Counted from the first letter of the stretch, positions 20,601-30,091 are shown. The stretch: 64,000 bases of DNA from a bacterium (GCA_965216315.1 CBDCFN010000016.1:1504001-1568000); one strand, 5' to 3'. Numbers and translations are program-made. Notes: generated by a model from the letters alone, not told the origin.

Positions 20601-21075
20601 GTCGTATTCTATTATTTCGACCAATGACAGTGCTGGTGCCGGTGGTGGCAAACTGGCCTTCTACCAAGATATAAGTGGCGCATCCGGAAACTCCGGTTAT
20701 CGCATGGTGATCGATAATACCGGTGACGTCGGTATTGGGACGACGGATCCCACGGAGAAATTAGATGTGAATGGCCGCATTCGTGTCAGTGGAAACACGC
20801 CAACAGTTGGAACTTGTCCTTCAGCAACGATCAATGGTAGTGATACGGCATTTAATGTCTCAACGAGTAGTAGTACTGGTAGCAAGTGTCTTATCAACTT
20901 TTCACAACGGTTTAATTCAGCGCCCATTTGTACAATAACCGGCGTTGGCGGAGGTCCGAGCTTTATCCCTAAACTCGCAAGTTCTGGTACAAGCTCCATA
21001 GAGGTCATTAATGATTCGACAATCAGCACCAGCATGAACAGCCGCAACTTTAATGTCATTTGTTTGGCTAAATAA
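14617..21075 (+). CDS. Large secreted fibre/adhesin-like protein with collagen tracts (2,152 aa)
   Basis: Hydrophobic N-terminal signal-like segment, two Gly-X-Y tracts, Asn-rich heptads, several (R/N)VGIGT..P...L.V tail-fibre-type repeats, HLATKAYVD and a Cys-containing C-terminal domain. SD-like GGAGAG upstream. Confidence 0.85.
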   Translation: MDTQSHVRLARFVVTSLLTFILTWLAPPLLHLADASSEGGDGRYENGDSTNNDDDVFEIPGRMRLEVHIQAIKKNGQPVSGPRPARYDLFNPDTDQYLMSVTDCDAFFNVGDAYIHFDEPVSPRLARESRVEVHTTLLDNDCATPRPIKIQPYEIGTRIWALFAKRAGRARLAKIAKGIRRDQLKVYTAENELAYLLNLPFEVTPEDEDRVLGVVMVDDDNNPDTPPIATIEFVDSDGSGDITAVLTEDGSGLMGGAESGAVKLRLTDTGITPGTYGAENLGQEVVTVPTVTVDSQGRLLAAGQFTIDRVGPAGPQGEPGPQGEPGPEGPQGEPGPIGETGPAGPEGPQGPVGPAGPQGQPGPPGPEGPEGPAGQDADLSNVLAGDGVRIEDGSIEGTIIVSLDQAFDATWTGSQRFETELRVPRSDLSADPSTGAGSLAYNVFDNQPYFFNGSQWATLKGEQGIQGEIGPQGIQGETGPQGPEGPQGPQGIQGETGPQGPEGPQGPQGIQGETGPQGPEGPQGEQGPAGVIELVTDVGIDGSLADGTLTLTVDTEFDFADDANNNVFNAFTGRVQFNTAVRVPRFANMSAADTTLGAGSVAYFEDSNELYYHDGTAWVSVSDAGTGVGDIEAVFAGFGLSGGGSAGEVTLEVDTTLIATNQSVIDAVAAETALREAADSAEMQARMAADQANADAIAAETSARMAADAGLAADIAAESAARMAADTQFASDLAAEQTARIAADTQFATDLATTQAEVALKLDAADVTASNGLTATPNNGSVDITMGGTLNQALTTIDMDFNTLAFTNAFRVGIGTDTPQTGLHLRNETDEYVLRVEGNGYSELVLTSSPEGATLPIIPDNGLRLSAGNQATIFENIEPVGGGDPAFIFRLKEAVPLATPFEIMTLSDTGRVGVRLPDPRAELHVRNETDEAVLMVEGNGSAELVLTTRGEGDPFVTVDDGLRIITNNGDRVLFRRIEDLTADVDAFVFQRHKVGGLPFEFEDLMVLDAGGNVGIGTNTPTARLQVVGNAIAFDPVLPEHLATKAYVDAQTGSGGNLTFTAPLVEAAQVVSLSFDATLDVSSGSLGLADNAVTGLKILDGSIANADLDQPTRDTLTQVAVNTSLANDAQTTADNAAADASAALGATVINAANIAANATLISDNSDALAVNTTAIGVNAADIATNAARITDNSDAIVVNSTAIGVNSGNIATNSARIDDNSAAITDNTSAIGVNASNIALIDAQLDTKIGGSGAENRVSAFDAAGDLRETSITDDGGVVSVDAGISVGVGTTTVDPLAQLQVENAGNAVIKVRSTAVDSAAATLLERADGEFAYFAVGSLEPTGTAIISSSTPSSGVGSDAPAILLRTNADISGGSETDVLSILGDGRVGINTTGPDAQLDVNGDMQVTSNSSTGRGFRLDYMFDNDDPLDIATVGAHRIDVTHGAFATNDNPKVGLVVFRSEDDVTTPLGPGSQVAIINADSDKQDSGLVITSAIPDVAGGFLVDGGGYDTAVRIATGSSPMDTAINIETDGTGVIDRGAVFAASNADINTGISFQSQVSRGGPSVVIGIDFRETTTAALFNPGNLIAVDGNPSFTAQQLADTVFGGGSGGLTFNAPLNEIGGSVTFNTGQGLTLSGPNLTTDNGPGLTYFGNQLTLAIDGSDMSLAGGSLSIASGGVGADELQDTAVSAGSYSIANVTVDADGRITAASNGISGSSNALTKIGADGSSLIESGVIEDGANLNIGDSARVVLANGNIDTVGTITAGQLDVSGASTFAATVDVGDQMRLDAATGNISTTATLLAGTVDATNEVCINGDCRTAWPSGVSGISGSGTTNAIPKFTAATTLGDSRLYDDGSHVGIGTNTPAVTLDVIDTQTNARFRSTDPTRNVSLNLVDAAGSELTISHSANSTIFDLAANATVTNNTLAYQFSTDAGPELLAMTVGGDIGIGTFNPTARLEVANSTWDSDPLLITGLSDSSVGPTLQIDARNGNDGESYSIISTNDSAGAGGGKLAFYQDISGASGNSGYRMVIDNTGDVGIGTTDPTEKLDVNGRIRVSGNTPTVGTCPSATINGSDTAFNVSTSSSTGSKCLINFSQRFNSAPICTITGVGGGPSFIPKLASSGTSSIEVINDSTISTSMNSRNFNVICLAK
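15547..15744 (+). repeat. Collagen-like tract 1 (22 Gly-X-Y triplets)
   Basis: GPAGPQGEP...GPAGQD, counted from the translation. Confidence 0.95.
15997..16212 (+). repeat. Collagen-like tract 2 (24 triplets) containing 3 x 54-bp tandem repeat
   Basis: Unit GGACCTCAAGGCATTCAGGGTGAAACCGGTCCGCAAGGTCCCGAAGGGCCGCAA at 16024, 16078 and 16132; the third copy has one synonymous change. Confidence 0.95.
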
Positions 21076-21151
21076 TTGATAGATTAATTATCCAGTAAAC
21101 CAACTGGCATCCTAGTTCAAAAGGGCCTCGGCTACTATTAATCAATAGCCA

Positions 21152-21178
21152 GTGGGGCGCCATTCATGGCACCCCCAT
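21152..21178. repeat. Degenerate REP-like palindrome
   Basis: GTGGGGCGCCAT-TC-ATGGCACCCCCAT, similar to the GTAGGGGC family. Confidence 0.5.
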
Positions 21179-21257
21179 AATTTCCCCTTTGATTCATCAC
21201 CGAAATATGATAAAAATTACAAAAATTTACCGTAATTCCAAGCATTTGGGAGGCACT

Positions 21258-21797
21258 ATGTTTGAGAGGAATAAGCGTTTTTTTGTGGGTTTGATCGCCC
21301 TCACCTTTGTAATTTCAGGCTTGAGCGCCTGCAACGAAGTCCCCAGCAAGGCGAACGCCTGGCAGGCCGTCTTCCTGACCAGCGGTCAGGTCTATTACGG
21401 TAAACTCAAGGACTCGAGCGGCCAATTCTATACGCTCGAAGATGTCTATTACATTCGACGCGATGCGCAAGCCGCCGAAGGCGCCCCGCAACTCACGCTC
21501 ATTAAAATGGGCAATGAATTGCACGGACCGGAGGACTCCATTATTCTCAACCGCGATCACATCCTCTACGTCGAACACCTGAAAAAAGATGGGCTCGTTA
21601 CGAAGCGCATCGCGGAGGCCAAAGACGCCGCCGCCAAGGCGCCCGCAGGAGACGCGACCGCACAGGCCGAGACCACCCTGCCCGCCAATCAACTGACGCC
21701 GGAAGAGATGGAACAGTTCAAAGAGTTCCAGAAGTTTCAGGCGGCCAAGAAGGTTCCGGCGGCGGCTGACGCAACGGCGCCGGCGAACAAAGAATAG
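21258..21797 (+). CDS. Putative lipoprotein, conserved hypothetical
   Basis: GGAGG then ATG at 21258; lipobox LSAC; domain WQAVFLTSGQVYYGKL...LIKMGNELHGPEDSIILNRDHILYVEHLK. Confidence 0.75.
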   Translation: MFERNKRFFVGLIALTFVISGLSACNEVPSKANAWQAVFLTSGQVYYGKLKDSSGQFYTLEDVYYIRRDAQAAEGAPQLTLIKMGNELHGPEDSIILNRDHILYVEHLKKDGLVTKRIAEAKDAAAKAPAGDATAQAETTLPANQLTPEEMEQFKEFQKFQAAKKVPAAADATAPANKE

Positions 21798-22604
21798 CTA
21801 CAAGAGCGAACGCAGCCACTCATTAAACGCCGCTGACTCCTCCCAGAAAGGAGCGTGGGCCGAGTTTTCAAACCACTTGACGGGTACATCCGGTAATAAC
21901 GCGGCGACGTCCCTTGCCGCGCTTTGGTAAAAGCCGTGCCGGCCGAGTGCCAGGTGCTGCTTTCCTTGATAAGTCGCGGCCTCCGTCCGAAAGTCGGACT
22001 CCGCCATGTCGCGATACACACTCAGCACTGAGTCGAGCGGTAAGGCCAAGGCGTCTTGCAACCATGAATCTATGCGGGCGACCCGTTGGGTCGCCCCTAC
22101 ATTGCAAATGACCCGTTCAATGAATTTTCTCGTAGCCCGTTCCCGATCCCGTCGCATCGAGGCCTCGACACCGTCGACCATCGTCTCCCGCGGATCCATT
22201 TGGGGAACCATTTCGATGTTGATCAGACTACTAAACGGCCCTGCACCGAACAGCTGTAAATATTTCCAAAAGACACTGACGCCCATCGACCAACCGATAT
22301 ATGACATTTGTAGGGGCGCTGCTTGCCGGCCAATCGCAGAGCTCTCGGCACCTGGGGCACCAGAGGTGCTGAGCCGCGCCCCTACATGTTCTATCAATTT
22401 ATGAAGGGCTTGGGCGCAATGTTCGAGGGTTAAGGGGATATGACCGGGACCTTCCGACGGAAGGTCCCATAAGATGAGACGGTAACGATCGGCCAAGGCG
22501 CGCTGATATTCCCACACCTTGCGCGACATCATCCAACCATGCGTCAAAACGAGGGTCGGGCCGTTACCGATTATTTCGTAATTAATTGGCATACGCCCCT
22601 GCAA
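21798..22604 (-). CDS. Alpha/beta hydrolase, BioH-like esterase, with two in-frame REP insertions
   Basis: LVLTHGW, nucleophile elbow GWSMG, C-terminal SAHAPF. Start could be the second Met (MPINY). Confidence 0.8.
   Translation of the reverse strand: MQGRMPINYEIIGNGPTLVLTHGWMMSRKVWEYQRALADRYRLILWDLPSEGPGHIPLTLEHCAQALHKLIEHVGARLSTSGAPGAESSAIGRQAAPLQMSYIGWSMGVSVFWKYLQLFGAGPFSSLINIEMVPQMDPRETMVDGVEASMRRDRERATRKFIERVICNVGATQRVARIDSWLQDALALPLDSVLSVYRDMAESDFRTEAATYQGKQHLALGRHGFYQSAARDVAALLPDVPVKWFENSAHAPFWEESAAFNEWLRSLL
22074..22100 (-). repeat. REP copy in frame inside hydrolase gene
   Basis: Reverse complement is identical to 14103-14129 (27 bp); both encode VGATQRVAR. Confidence 0.95.
22309..22386. 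repeat. 78-bp REP-bounded hairpin in frame inside hydrolase gene
   Basis: TGTAGGGGCGC...GCGCCCCTACA termini; encodes approximately VGARLSTSGAPGAESSAIGRQAAPLQ just before the GWSMG strand. Confidence 0.9.
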
Positions 22605-22607
22605 TAA

Positions 22608-22811
22608 TCAGGATTCCAAGATAAAGGTGATTTTTACCTCGATGCGGTATTCGCTGATTTTGCCGTCTTGAACTTTGGCTTTTTGAGAGAGGACCTCAGC
22701 TCCCGTGATACCTCGCAGGGTTTTTGAAGCCCTATCTACCGCGATCGACGCGGCCTCCTCCCAACTGCTCGGCGATGACGCCACGACTGTCGTTACACGC
22801 GCTACTGCCAT
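22608..22811 (-). CDS. Dodecin-family flavin-binding protein
   Basis: 67 aa; S..SWEEA...AV.RASKTLRGI....V......V.DGKI.EYR...KITF pattern; GGAG SD. Confidence 0.9.
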   Translation of the reverse strand: MAVARVTTVVASSPSSWEEAASIAVDRASKTLRGITGAEVLSQKAKVQDGKISEYRIEVKITFILES

Positions 22812-22813
22812 GA

Positions 22814-23553
22814 TTAATCTCCTTCATGGGGGCTTGCGTCGCCCCCTCCGGTCGGCAAAGCCGCCGGAGCCTCCCCCTCGCGCTCACGTTGCTCGCTAGG
22901 TGAAGAATTATCATCCACAATTATCGGTTTCTGTCTTTCCAAGACTTCCTGAAAAAAACTCAAGATGTAATGCACGCCGGAACCCAATGAAATAATCACC
23001 GTGATCGCAATCAGCACATTCGCGACGGCACCAAAGTTAACACCCCAAGTCGGATAGTATACTAAATAACCTCCAAGCGCGAAGGCCTCGACAATGCTCT
23101 TACGTTTTCCCCACTGACTCGCCGCAATTACGATATCTTCACTGATCGCCATTCCACGCAGACCCGTAATCGCAATCTCCCGGGAAATAAGGATGATGGG
23201 AATCCACGCTGAAATCCGCCCCATCGGAATCAGCATAATTAAGATCGCCGACGTTACGAGTTTATCCGCTAAAGGGTCTAGAAACTTGCCGAAATTGCCC
23301 GTACTCTCCCGGCGCCGCGCAATGTAACCGTCAATCATATCCGTCACGGCACTCAAGATGTAGAGGATAACCACCATCCAATTAAGGAATAGATCCGTAC
23401 GGCTCGGCACTTCGGAGGCCGGCGAGATAAACGACATCAAAACCAACAGCAAAGGGATGCTCGCGATGCGACCATAGGTAAGATAATTGGCCAGACCCAG
23501 CAGGTGCTTTTTCTTCATGCGCCGGCGTTCACGCGCTCGCTCCATCCAAGACA
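22814..23553 (-). CDS. pgsA: CDP-diacylglycerol--glycerol-3-phosphate 3-phosphatidyltransferase
   Basis: ANYLTYGRI; CDP-alcohol phosphotransferase motif TDMIDGYIARR....NFGKFLDPLADK; REIAITGLR. Start uncertain (approximately MSWMER or MKKKH rather than 23626). Confidence 0.9.
22828..22900. repeat. Dispersed ~72-bp repeat (family 2), copy in pgsA 3' end
   Basis: GGGGCTTGCGTCGCCCCCTCCGGTCGGCAAAGCCGCCGGAGCCTCCCC...CTCGCTAGG aligns with 27852-27922. Confidence 0.9.
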
Positions 23554-23599
23554 TGGGCACTATGATTAACATTGTGATCGATATATGGCAATTAGGAAC

Positions 23600-23639
23600 G
23601 TAGGGGCAAAACATTGCTTCTGACAACCGAATGCCCTAC
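23600..23639. repeat. Degenerate REP-like element between divergent pgsA and nadB
   Basis: GTAGGGGCA...TGCCCTAC termini. Confidence 0.5.
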
Positions 23640-23648
23640 AGTCACCCC

Positions 23649-25223
23649 ATGCAACGCCAGACGGATTTTCTCATCATCGGTTCCGGCATCGCCGGACTCT
23701 CTTATGCATTGGATGTTGCTGATTCAGGTCAGGTTCTCATCGTGACCAAAAAGGGGCGTGCGGACTCCAATACCAATTTTGCCCAGGGCGGCATCGCTGC
23801 AGTGACCGCCGCACAAGATTCCTTCGAAAATCATACGCAGGACACTTTAGCGGCAGGTGCCGGGCTGTGCCACGAAGACATCGTTGACCTCGTCGTGCAT
23901 GAAGGCCCCACCCAAATACAACGACTGATTGATTGGGGTGTTGCCTTCACACGCCAACAAGATGGCGATTACGACCTCGGCCGCGAAGGCGGTCACTCCG
24001 CACGGCGCATTCTCCATGCCAAAGACATGACCGGCCACGCAATCGAGGGCGCGCTACTCGAGGCCATTCGTCAGCATCCCCAGATCGAATTACTCGAAAA
24101 TCATTTCGCGATTGATTTAATTTGCACCACCAACGATAGCAAAACCCGTTGTCGCGGTGCCTATGTATTGGATACGCAGTCCGGCGAAGTCATATCGGTG
24201 AGCTCACGGTCCACCCTGTTGGCATCCGGTGGCGCGGGCAAAGTTTATCTTTATACTTCCAACCCGGACATCGCGACGGGCGACGGCATGGCGATGGCTT
24301 ATCGCGCAGGCGCCAAACTGGCCAACCTGGAGTTTGTCCAGTTTCATCCGACCTGCCTTTATCATCCTGAAGCGAAATCATTCTTGATCTCCGAAGCCAT
24401 TCGCGGTGAAGGCGCCTTACTGAAACTCCCCAACGGTGAACGCTTTATGCCCCGCTACGATAACCAAGAAGAACTGGCACCGCGTGATATCGTGGCACGC
24501 GCCATTGATAATGAAATGAAAACGGGCGGCATTGATCACGTGCTCTTGGATATCACCAATCGCAAGGCCTCCTGGGTGAAAGAGCGCTTTCCCAATACTT
24601 ATGAACGCTGCCGTGAGTACGGCATTGATATCACGCAACAAGCCATTCCCGTCGTCCCGGCCGCCCATTATTTTTGTGGGGGAGTGGTAACGGACCATGA
24701 AGGTCGCACCAGCCTGCCGGGCCTGTTTGCTGCGGGCGAAACGGCATGCACCGGTCTTCACGGCGCCAACCGGTTGGCGAGCAACTCGTTGCTGGAAGCC
24801 CTGGTATTTTCCGCGCGTGCCGCCCAAGCAGCGATTCAAGAATTATCCGCAGAGACATCGCCGGCAGCTCCCATCCCCGAATGGGATCCGGGCCAAGCCA
24901 CCGATAGCGATGAAGAAGTTGTCATCTCTCAAAACTGGGAAGAAATTCGCCGCCTCATGTGGAACTACGTCGGCATCGTGCGCACGGACAAACGCTTGGA
25001 ACGAGCCCTCAACCGCGTCCTGTTGCTGCGCAAAGAAATCCATGAATACTACTGGAACTTTCGCATCACTTCCGACCTGCTCGAATTGCGCAACATCGCC
25101 GAGTTGGCCGAGTTGACCATCCGCTGTGCCCAATCCCGCAAGGAGTCTCGTGGACTCCACTACACAACGGATTATCCTGAACCAAGACAGGAGTTCTCCA
25201 AAGACACGGTTATTGTTCGGTAG
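23649..25223 (+). CDS. nadB: L-aspartate oxidase
   Basis: IIGSGIAGL FAD motif, AQGGIAAV, EGGHS.RRILH, QFHPT, EAIRGEGA, LAPRDIVARAI, GLHGANRLASNSLLE, ESRGLHY. Confidence 0.97.
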   Translation: MQRQTDFLIIGSGIAGLSYALDVADSGQVLIVTKKGRADSNTNFAQGGIAAVTAAQDSFENHTQDTLAAGAGLCHEDIVDLVVHEGPTQIQRLIDWGVAFTRQQDGDYDLGREGGHSARRILHAKDMTGHAIEGALLEAIRQHPQIELLENHFAIDLICTTNDSKTRCRGAYVLDTQSGEVISVSSRSTLLASGGAGKVYLYTSNPDIATGDGMAMAYRAGAKLANLEFVQFHPTCLYHPEAKSFLISEAIRGEGALLKLPNGERFMPRYDNQEELAPRDIVARAIDNEMKTGGIDHVLLDITNRKASWVKERFPNTYERCREYGIDITQQAIPVVPAAHYFCGGVVTDHEGRTSLPGLFAAGETACTGLHGANRLASNSLLEALVFSARAAQAAIQELSAETSPAAPIPEWDPGQATDSDEEVVISQNWEEIRRLMWNYVGIVRTDKRLERALNRVLLLRKEIHEYYWNFRITSDLLELRNIAELAELTIRCAQSRKESRGLHYTTDYPEPRQEFSKDTVIVR

Positions 25224-25237
25224 GGGCGCAGCAAGAA

Positions 25238-25864
25238 TTAACGCAACGCACTCGAATAAGGGCGGCGCAGACTACTCAAATCCCAATCCAGCGTCGAATC
25301 AGCCGGCACTCCAATCATTTTAAGCTGAGCCTTTTGCGTCAATGAAGTAATGCGTTTCGGAAACTTCACCTCATAAAGCTTTGACCAACGATCGATGTAA
25401 GGAAATAACGTGCGCGTCACCTGATTTTTGGGGATGTCTTCCCATTTTTCCGGTTCAACTAAAGTCCCCTCGGATGTTTCCATGACCAGGCGCCAGAGAC
25501 TGCGGTCCTTGCCCAGATCGGGGAACACCCGACTGCCCGCGTAAATCGCCACGATAAAAGAATCATATTTTTCCGCCTCGCTGTTTTCTTCTAATTTGAG
25601 GCGCTCAATATCGGCCGACTGGAGTTGATAGAGTTTTGCATAGCGTTCGACCTTGGCATGACGAAAGTCGCGGCTTAAATAAGTCGCATGCCACACCATG
25701 CGGGCTTCGAGGCCATCTTTCCAGTTGTACGCCTCGGCATCGCGCGTCCAGTCACTCAGTACACTTTTGTAGGAATCCTGCTGACGACGACCGGCCCAAC
25801 CCAAGCTTGGGACCGACAGGCTGAGCACGAGCAAGGCCAGCAGTATGCGCTGATAGTTCTTCAT
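25238..25864 (-). CDS. Secreted hypothetical protein
   Basis: GGAGGAG SD before ATG at 25864; Sec-type signal MKNYQRILLALLVLSLSVPSLGWA. Confidence 0.75.
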   Translation of the reverse strand: MKNYQRILLALLVLSLSVPSLGWAGRRQQDSYKSVLSDWTRDAEAYNWKDGLEARMVWHATYLSRDFRHAKVERYAKLYQLQSADIERLKLEENSEAEKYDSFIVAIYAGSRVFPDLGKDRSLWRLVMETSEGTLVEPEKWEDIPKNQVTRTLFPYIDRWSKLYEVKFPKRITSLTQKAQLKMIGVPADSTLDWDLSSLRRPYSSALR

Positions 25865-25917
25865 AATGCTCCTCCAATTCGGCCTAGCGACCGAATTGTT
25901 GCGTCGGCCTGACACGA

Positions 25918-26760
25918 TCAGGCCTGCAATTGTTGCTGAAGCCAAGATTCCATATCCTTGAAAACGGCTAAATTGTCAACTTCATTAAACAATTCGTGAT
26001 AATAGCCCTCGTAGAATTTGAGAACCTTGTCAGCCGAAGCGCAGTCTTCATAGAACTCTTGCGTCGCCTGCGGATCACTGATTTGATCATCCCCGGCGTG
26101 CATAAACAGGCAGGGAAGCGTAAATTCCTGCGCAATCTGCGGCATCAGGGCCTGATTCGCAAACATCTCACTCGCCATCCGGACGGTAATCGACCGATTG
26201 ATCAACGGATCGTTGGCATAGGCCTCCACTTCATCCGGATCATGGGACACCAGTTCGGCAACAAGACCCGCATCCATCGCCAAACTGGGAACAACATGGG
26301 ACAAGAGTTGGCCGACTTGTTTTTTCAGCCAGGGCACGGGCATGGCCAAACGCAAATTCGGTGAACTGACGATGACACCATCAATGCCATCATCGCCATG
26401 GCGGGCCCCATAAGTCAGTGCAACCTGACCACCAAAACTGTGCCCAATGAGAAAAAGTTTTTTATCACCTTCTTTTTTACGAATATGCTGAATGATACGG
26501 TCCAAGTCGCCTAAAAAGCGCGCGAAACTCTCGGTATGCGCACGGCGCCCTCCGCTGTGCCCGTGGCCCCGTTGATCATAAGCGTAAATCGTATAGCCCC
26601 GCTCACTAAAGTATTTGACCGGATGTCTTAAACGACCGGAATGCTCGCTAAAACCGTGAATAAAGAGCAATATCGGCCGCCCTTCTTCTCCCGGCCAACG
26701 GCGGTAGAATAATGACAAGCCATTTTCACTCTTGATCTTACCCGTTGAAGCTTTTGCCAT
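25918..26760 (-). CDS. Lysophospholipase / monoacylglycerol lipase-like alpha/beta hydrolase
   Basis: HGFSEHSGR, DQRGHGHS.G.R, GHSFGG, YHELFNE. Confidence 0.9.
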   Translation of the reverse strand: MAKASTGKIKSENGLSLFYRRWPGEEGRPILLFIHGFSEHSGRLRHPVKYFSERGYTIYAYDQRGHGHSGGRRAHTESFARFLGDLDRIIQHIRKKEGDKKLFLIGHSFGGQVALTYGARHGDDGIDGVIVSSPNLRLAMPVPWLKKQVGQLLSHVVPSLAMDAGLVAELVSHDPDEVEAYANDPLINRSITVRMASEMFANQALMPQIAQEFTLPCLFMHAGDDQISDPQATQEFYEDCASADKVLKFYEGYYHELFNEVDNLAVFKDMESWLQQQLQA

Positions 26761-27848
26761 CAGCGCTGCTTTCGTAAGCGTGGTTCACTCTCTTTGGCCT
26801 CTTCCGCAAACTCTTCTAATATCTTCGTTTCACGGCGCGAAAGTTTTTGCGGTGTTTTCACAAAGACATGCAAGATTAAATCTCCTCTTTTACCGGAACG
26901 CACATGCGGAACACCCAATCGTTTTATTTTTACCGTCTCTCCCGTCTGAATGCCGCGACCCACTTCAACTTCTTTGGGTCCATCGAGACTTTCTATCGCC
27001 ACATGGGCGCCAAGAGCTGCTTGTACCATAGATAGTTCCAATTCGGCATGCAAATCTTGCCCCTCCCGCCAATAAAGCTCGTGGGGCTGAACGTGAATAT
27101 TAACGTACAGATCACCGGCCGGACCGTTCCCGGCGCCGACCTCCCCTTCACCCCGGAGGACCAAACGTGTATCGGTATCAACTCCCGGCGGAACCTTGAC
27201 CTTGATGCTTTTCTTTTTCTCGCCCAGGCCCGAACCCTGACACGTCGTACAAGGATCCGTAATAAATTTTCCCTGACCGCGGCATTGAGGACAGGTGCTC
27301 TGCACCGAAAAAAAGCCTTGATTGACGCGAACCTGCCCATGGCCGTCACATTGCGGACAGGTTTGTTCCTGACTCTCCGGTGCCGCGCCGGACCCGCCGC
27401 AATCATCACAGCTCACCCGTTTTAAAAATTCGATTTCATGTTCACTGCCAAAGACAGCCTCAGCAAAGGGAATGACGAGGTTGTAGGACAAGTCGACACC
27501 CCGTTGACGCCGCGACCGCCCCCCGGGCCCACGCCCCCCCGAAAAGCCGAAAAAATCCTCAAAGATATCGCCAAAATGCGCAAAGATTTCTTCGGCATCG
27601 GTATAATGATGAACGCCCGCTCCCCCTAAGCCGGCATGACCATGCCGGTCATAGAGCTGCCGCTTTTGGCTATCGGAAAGGACCTCATAGGCCTCAGCCG
27701 CCTCTTTAAACCGGTCCTCAGCCGCCTTATCTCCGGGGTTGCGATCCGGATGGCACTCGAAGGCGATCTTGCGATAGGACTTTTTGATCTCGCCATCGCT
27801 CGCGGTCCGACTCACCTCTAAAATTTCATAATAATCCCTTTTAGACAT
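26760..27848 (-). CDS. dnaJ: Chaperone DnaJ
   Basis: J-domain with HPD, G/F region, four CxxCxGxG motifs, C-terminal GDLYV domain. Confidence 0.97.
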   Translation of the reverse strand: MSKRDYYEILEVSRTASDGEIKKSYRKIAFECHPDRNPGDKAAEDRFKEAAEAYEVLSDSQKRQLYDRHGHAGLGGAGVHHYTDAEEIFAHFGDIFEDFFGFSGGRGPGGRSRRQRGVDLSYNLVIPFAEAVFGSEHEIEFLKRVSCDDCGGSGAAPESQEQTCPQCDGHGQVRVNQGFFSVQSTCPQCRGQGKFITDPCTTCQGSGLGEKKKSIKVKVPPGVDTDTRLVLRGEGEVGAGNGPAGDLYVNIHVQPHELYWREGQDLHAELELSMVQAALGAHVAIESLDGPKEVEVGRGIQTGETVKIKRLGVPHVRSGKRGDLILHVFVKTPQKLSRRETKILEEFAEEAKESEPRLRKQR

Positions 27849-27851
27849 AAT

Positions 27852-27922
27852 AGGGGCTCACGTCGCCCCCTCCACCGGCAAAGCCGTCGGAGCCTCCCCT
27901 CTCGCTCGTTTTACTCGCTAGG
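27852..27922. repeat. Dispersed ~72-bp repeat (family 2), copy immediately upstream of dnaJ ATG
   Basis: AGGGGCTCACGTCGCCCCCTCCACCGGCAAAGCCGTCGGAGCCTCCCC...CTCGCTAGG. Confidence 0.9.
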
Positions 27923-28025
27923 GTTTGGTACAGGGCAGTCGTAAAGTATCCTGAATTTCACTGCTGTCAACGGCTGGCATTAAAAAGTCGCGGCCCTTCT
28001 TGGACTTAATGCTCATCTGCAAGTC

Positions 28026-28053
28026 TTGACATTCGCTCTCCCATGCTTAGTTT
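28026..28053 (+). promoter_or_regulatory. Possible sigma70-type promoter of dnaK
   Basis: TTGACA-N16-TAGTTT about 110 bp upstream of the dnaK ATG. Confidence 0.35.
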
Positions 28054-28163
28054 AAGGGCGCAAGCGGACTTTAGGGTGATTTTTGCCCGCGGACAACTTT
28101 AATCTATTGGCTAATGTACTTTTTTCAACATACTGATTTATAAGGATTTATTGAGGAGATATT

Positions 28164-30083
28164 ATGAGCAAGATAATTGGGATCGATCTGGGAACAACCA
28201 ATTCAGTCGTCGCGGTGATGGAGGGGAGCGAACCCAAGGTCATCGTCAATGAAGAAGGGGCCCGCACCACGCCTTCTGTCGTCGCCTTTAGTAAGGATGG
28301 TGAAATCCTGGTCGGTCAGGTCGCCAAACGTCAGGCCATTACCAACCCCGAGCATACCATTTACTCGATCAAGCGCTTCATGGGCCGTAAATTTGATGAG
28401 GTCCCCGAAGAAGCCAAGATGGTTCCCTATGAAGTCGTGAAGGGCGAAAATAATGATGCCCAAATCAAAATTGACAAAGAAAGCTATTCGCCGCCTGAAA
28501 TCTCCGCCAAGATACTCCAAAAACTGCGCCGCGCCGCTGAAGATTATCTAGGCGAAAAGGTCACGGAAGCCGTTATCACGGTCCCGGCTTATTTCAATGA
28601 TAGTCAGCGCCAAGCCACCAAAGACGCCGGTAAAATCGCCGGCCTTGACGTCAAGCGTATCATCAACGAACCCACTGCGGCAGCACTGGCGTATGGGCTG
28701 GACAAGAAAAAAGATGAACTGATCGCCGTCTTCGACTTTGGTGGCGGTACCTTTGACATCTCTATTCTCGAAGTCGGCGAAAACCTTGTGGAAGTTGTTT
28801 CGACCAATGGTGACACGCACCTCGGTGGTGACAACATCGACCAAAAAGTCATCGACTTCCTGATTGCAGAATTCAAGAAGGATCAAGGCATCGATGTTTC
28901 CAGTGACAAAATGGTCCTGCAGCGCCTCAAAGAAGCGGCAGAAAAGGCCAAGATCGAGCTGTCCAGCGTCATGGAAACGGAAATCAACCTCCCCTTCTTA
29001 ACCGCGGACGCATCCGGCCCTAAGCACATGAACGTCAAGTTGACGCGTGCGAAGTTTGAATCTTTGTGCGAAGACCTCTTTCTTCGCACGCTGGAACCTT
29101 GCAAAAAGGCCTTAGCGGACGCCGACAAGAAAGCTGCCGAAATTGATGAAGTGATTCTCGTCGGTGGTTCCACGCGTATTCCGCGCGTTGTCGAAGAAAT
29201 CAAAAAATTCTTCGGTAAGGACCCGCACAAAGGCGTCAATCCCGACGAAGTCGTCGCACTTGGTGCCGCGGTTCAAGGCGGCGTACTCAGAGGTGACGTT
29301 AAAGATGTGTTACTTCTCGATGTCACCCCGCTCACCCTCGGCATTGAAACACTCGGTGGCGTGATGACAAAGCTCATCGACCGCAATACGACCATCCCGA
29401 CCCGCAAGAGTCAGACATTTTCAACCGCTGCCGACAATCAGAGCAGTGTTGAAATCCACGTCTTGCAAGGGGAACGCGATATGGCCACCGGCAATCGCAC
29501 CCTTGGTAAATTCATCTTAGATGGACTCCCTCCCGCACCACGTGGCGTCCCTCAAGTTGAAGTCACCTTTGATATTGATGCCAACGGTATCGTCAACGTC
29601 TCCGCCAAAGACATGGCGACCGGCAAGGCACAGCATATTACCATCGAAGCATCCAGCGGACTCTCTAAGGATGAAATTGATAATCTCGTTAAGGATGCCG
29701 AGGCCCATGAATCAGAGGACAAGGCCAAACGCGAAGAAGTTGAGGTCAAAAACCAAGCGGATTCACTGGTCTATACAACGGAAAAGACTCTCAATGAGAA
29801 CAAGGATAAGATCTCTGCAGATGTTACCAAAAGCATTGAAAGCGCTCTTGAGGCCTGCAAAAAGGCCATTGAAAGCGGTAATATTGACGACATAAAAAAG
29901 GAGAGCGAAGCCTTGACTCAAGCGTCCCATAAAATGGCCGAGGAATTATACAAGGCCAGTGCCGAAACCGCGCAAGAGGCGAGCACCGAAGGCAGTGAAA
30001 CGCCACCGGAGGCGGATACCGGCGACAGCAAGGCCAAAGACGAAGACGTTGTCGATGCCGAATTTGAAGAAGCTGACGAGTAA
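28164..30083 (+). CDS. dnaK: Chaperone DnaK (Hsp70)
   Basis: [42 protein letters not shown], acidic DVVDAEFEE tail. Confidence 0.99.
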   Translation: MSKIIGIDLGTTNSVVAVMEGSEPKVIVNEEGARTTPSVVAFSKDGEILVGQVAKRQAITNPEHTIYSIKRFMGRKFDEVPEEAKMVPYEVVKGENNDAQIKIDKESYSPPEISAKILQKLRRAAEDYLGEKVTEAVITVPAYFNDSQRQATKDAGKIAGLDVKRIINEPTAAALAYGLDKKKDELIAVFDFGGGTFDISILEVGENLVEVVSTNGDTHLGGDNIDQKVIDFLIAEFKKDQGIDVSSDKMVLQRLKEAAEKAKIELSSVMETEINLPFLTADASGPKHMNVKLTRAKFESLCEDLFLRTLEPCKKALADADKKAAEIDEVILVGGSTRIPRVVEEIKKFFGKDPHKGVNPDEVVALGAAVQGGVLRGDVKDVLLLDVTPLTLGIETLGGVMTKLIDRNTTIPTRKSQTFSTAADNQSSVEIHVLQGERDMATGNRTLGKFILDGLPPAPRGVPQVEVTFDIDANGIVNVSAKDMATGKAQHITIEASSGLSKDEIDNLVKDAEAHESEDKAKREEVEVKNQADSLVYTTEKTLNENKDKISADVTKSIESALEACKKAIESGNIDDIKKESEALTQASHKMAEELYKASAETAQEASTEGSETPPEADTGDSKAKDEDVVDAEFEEADE

Positions 30084-30091
30084 GGGCCTCC

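Noticed and set aside
135..21059. Numerous antisense and alternate-frame ORFs over the fibre genes
   Set aside because: Shadow ORFs caused by codon bias and repeats; no independent motifs.
1..21075. Prophage, suggested by tail-fibre-like genes
   Set aside because: No capsid, terminase, portal, integrase or lysis genes; the second fibre has a signal-like N-terminus.
1..21075. Diversity-generating retroelement acting on fibre tips
   Set aside because: No reverse transcriptase and no TR/VR pair with adenine-specific mismatches seen in the window.
27975..28015. CIRCE operator between dnaJ and dnaK
   Set aside because: GGCATTAA...TTAATGCT does not match TTAGCACTC-N9-GAGTGCTAA in sequence or spacing.
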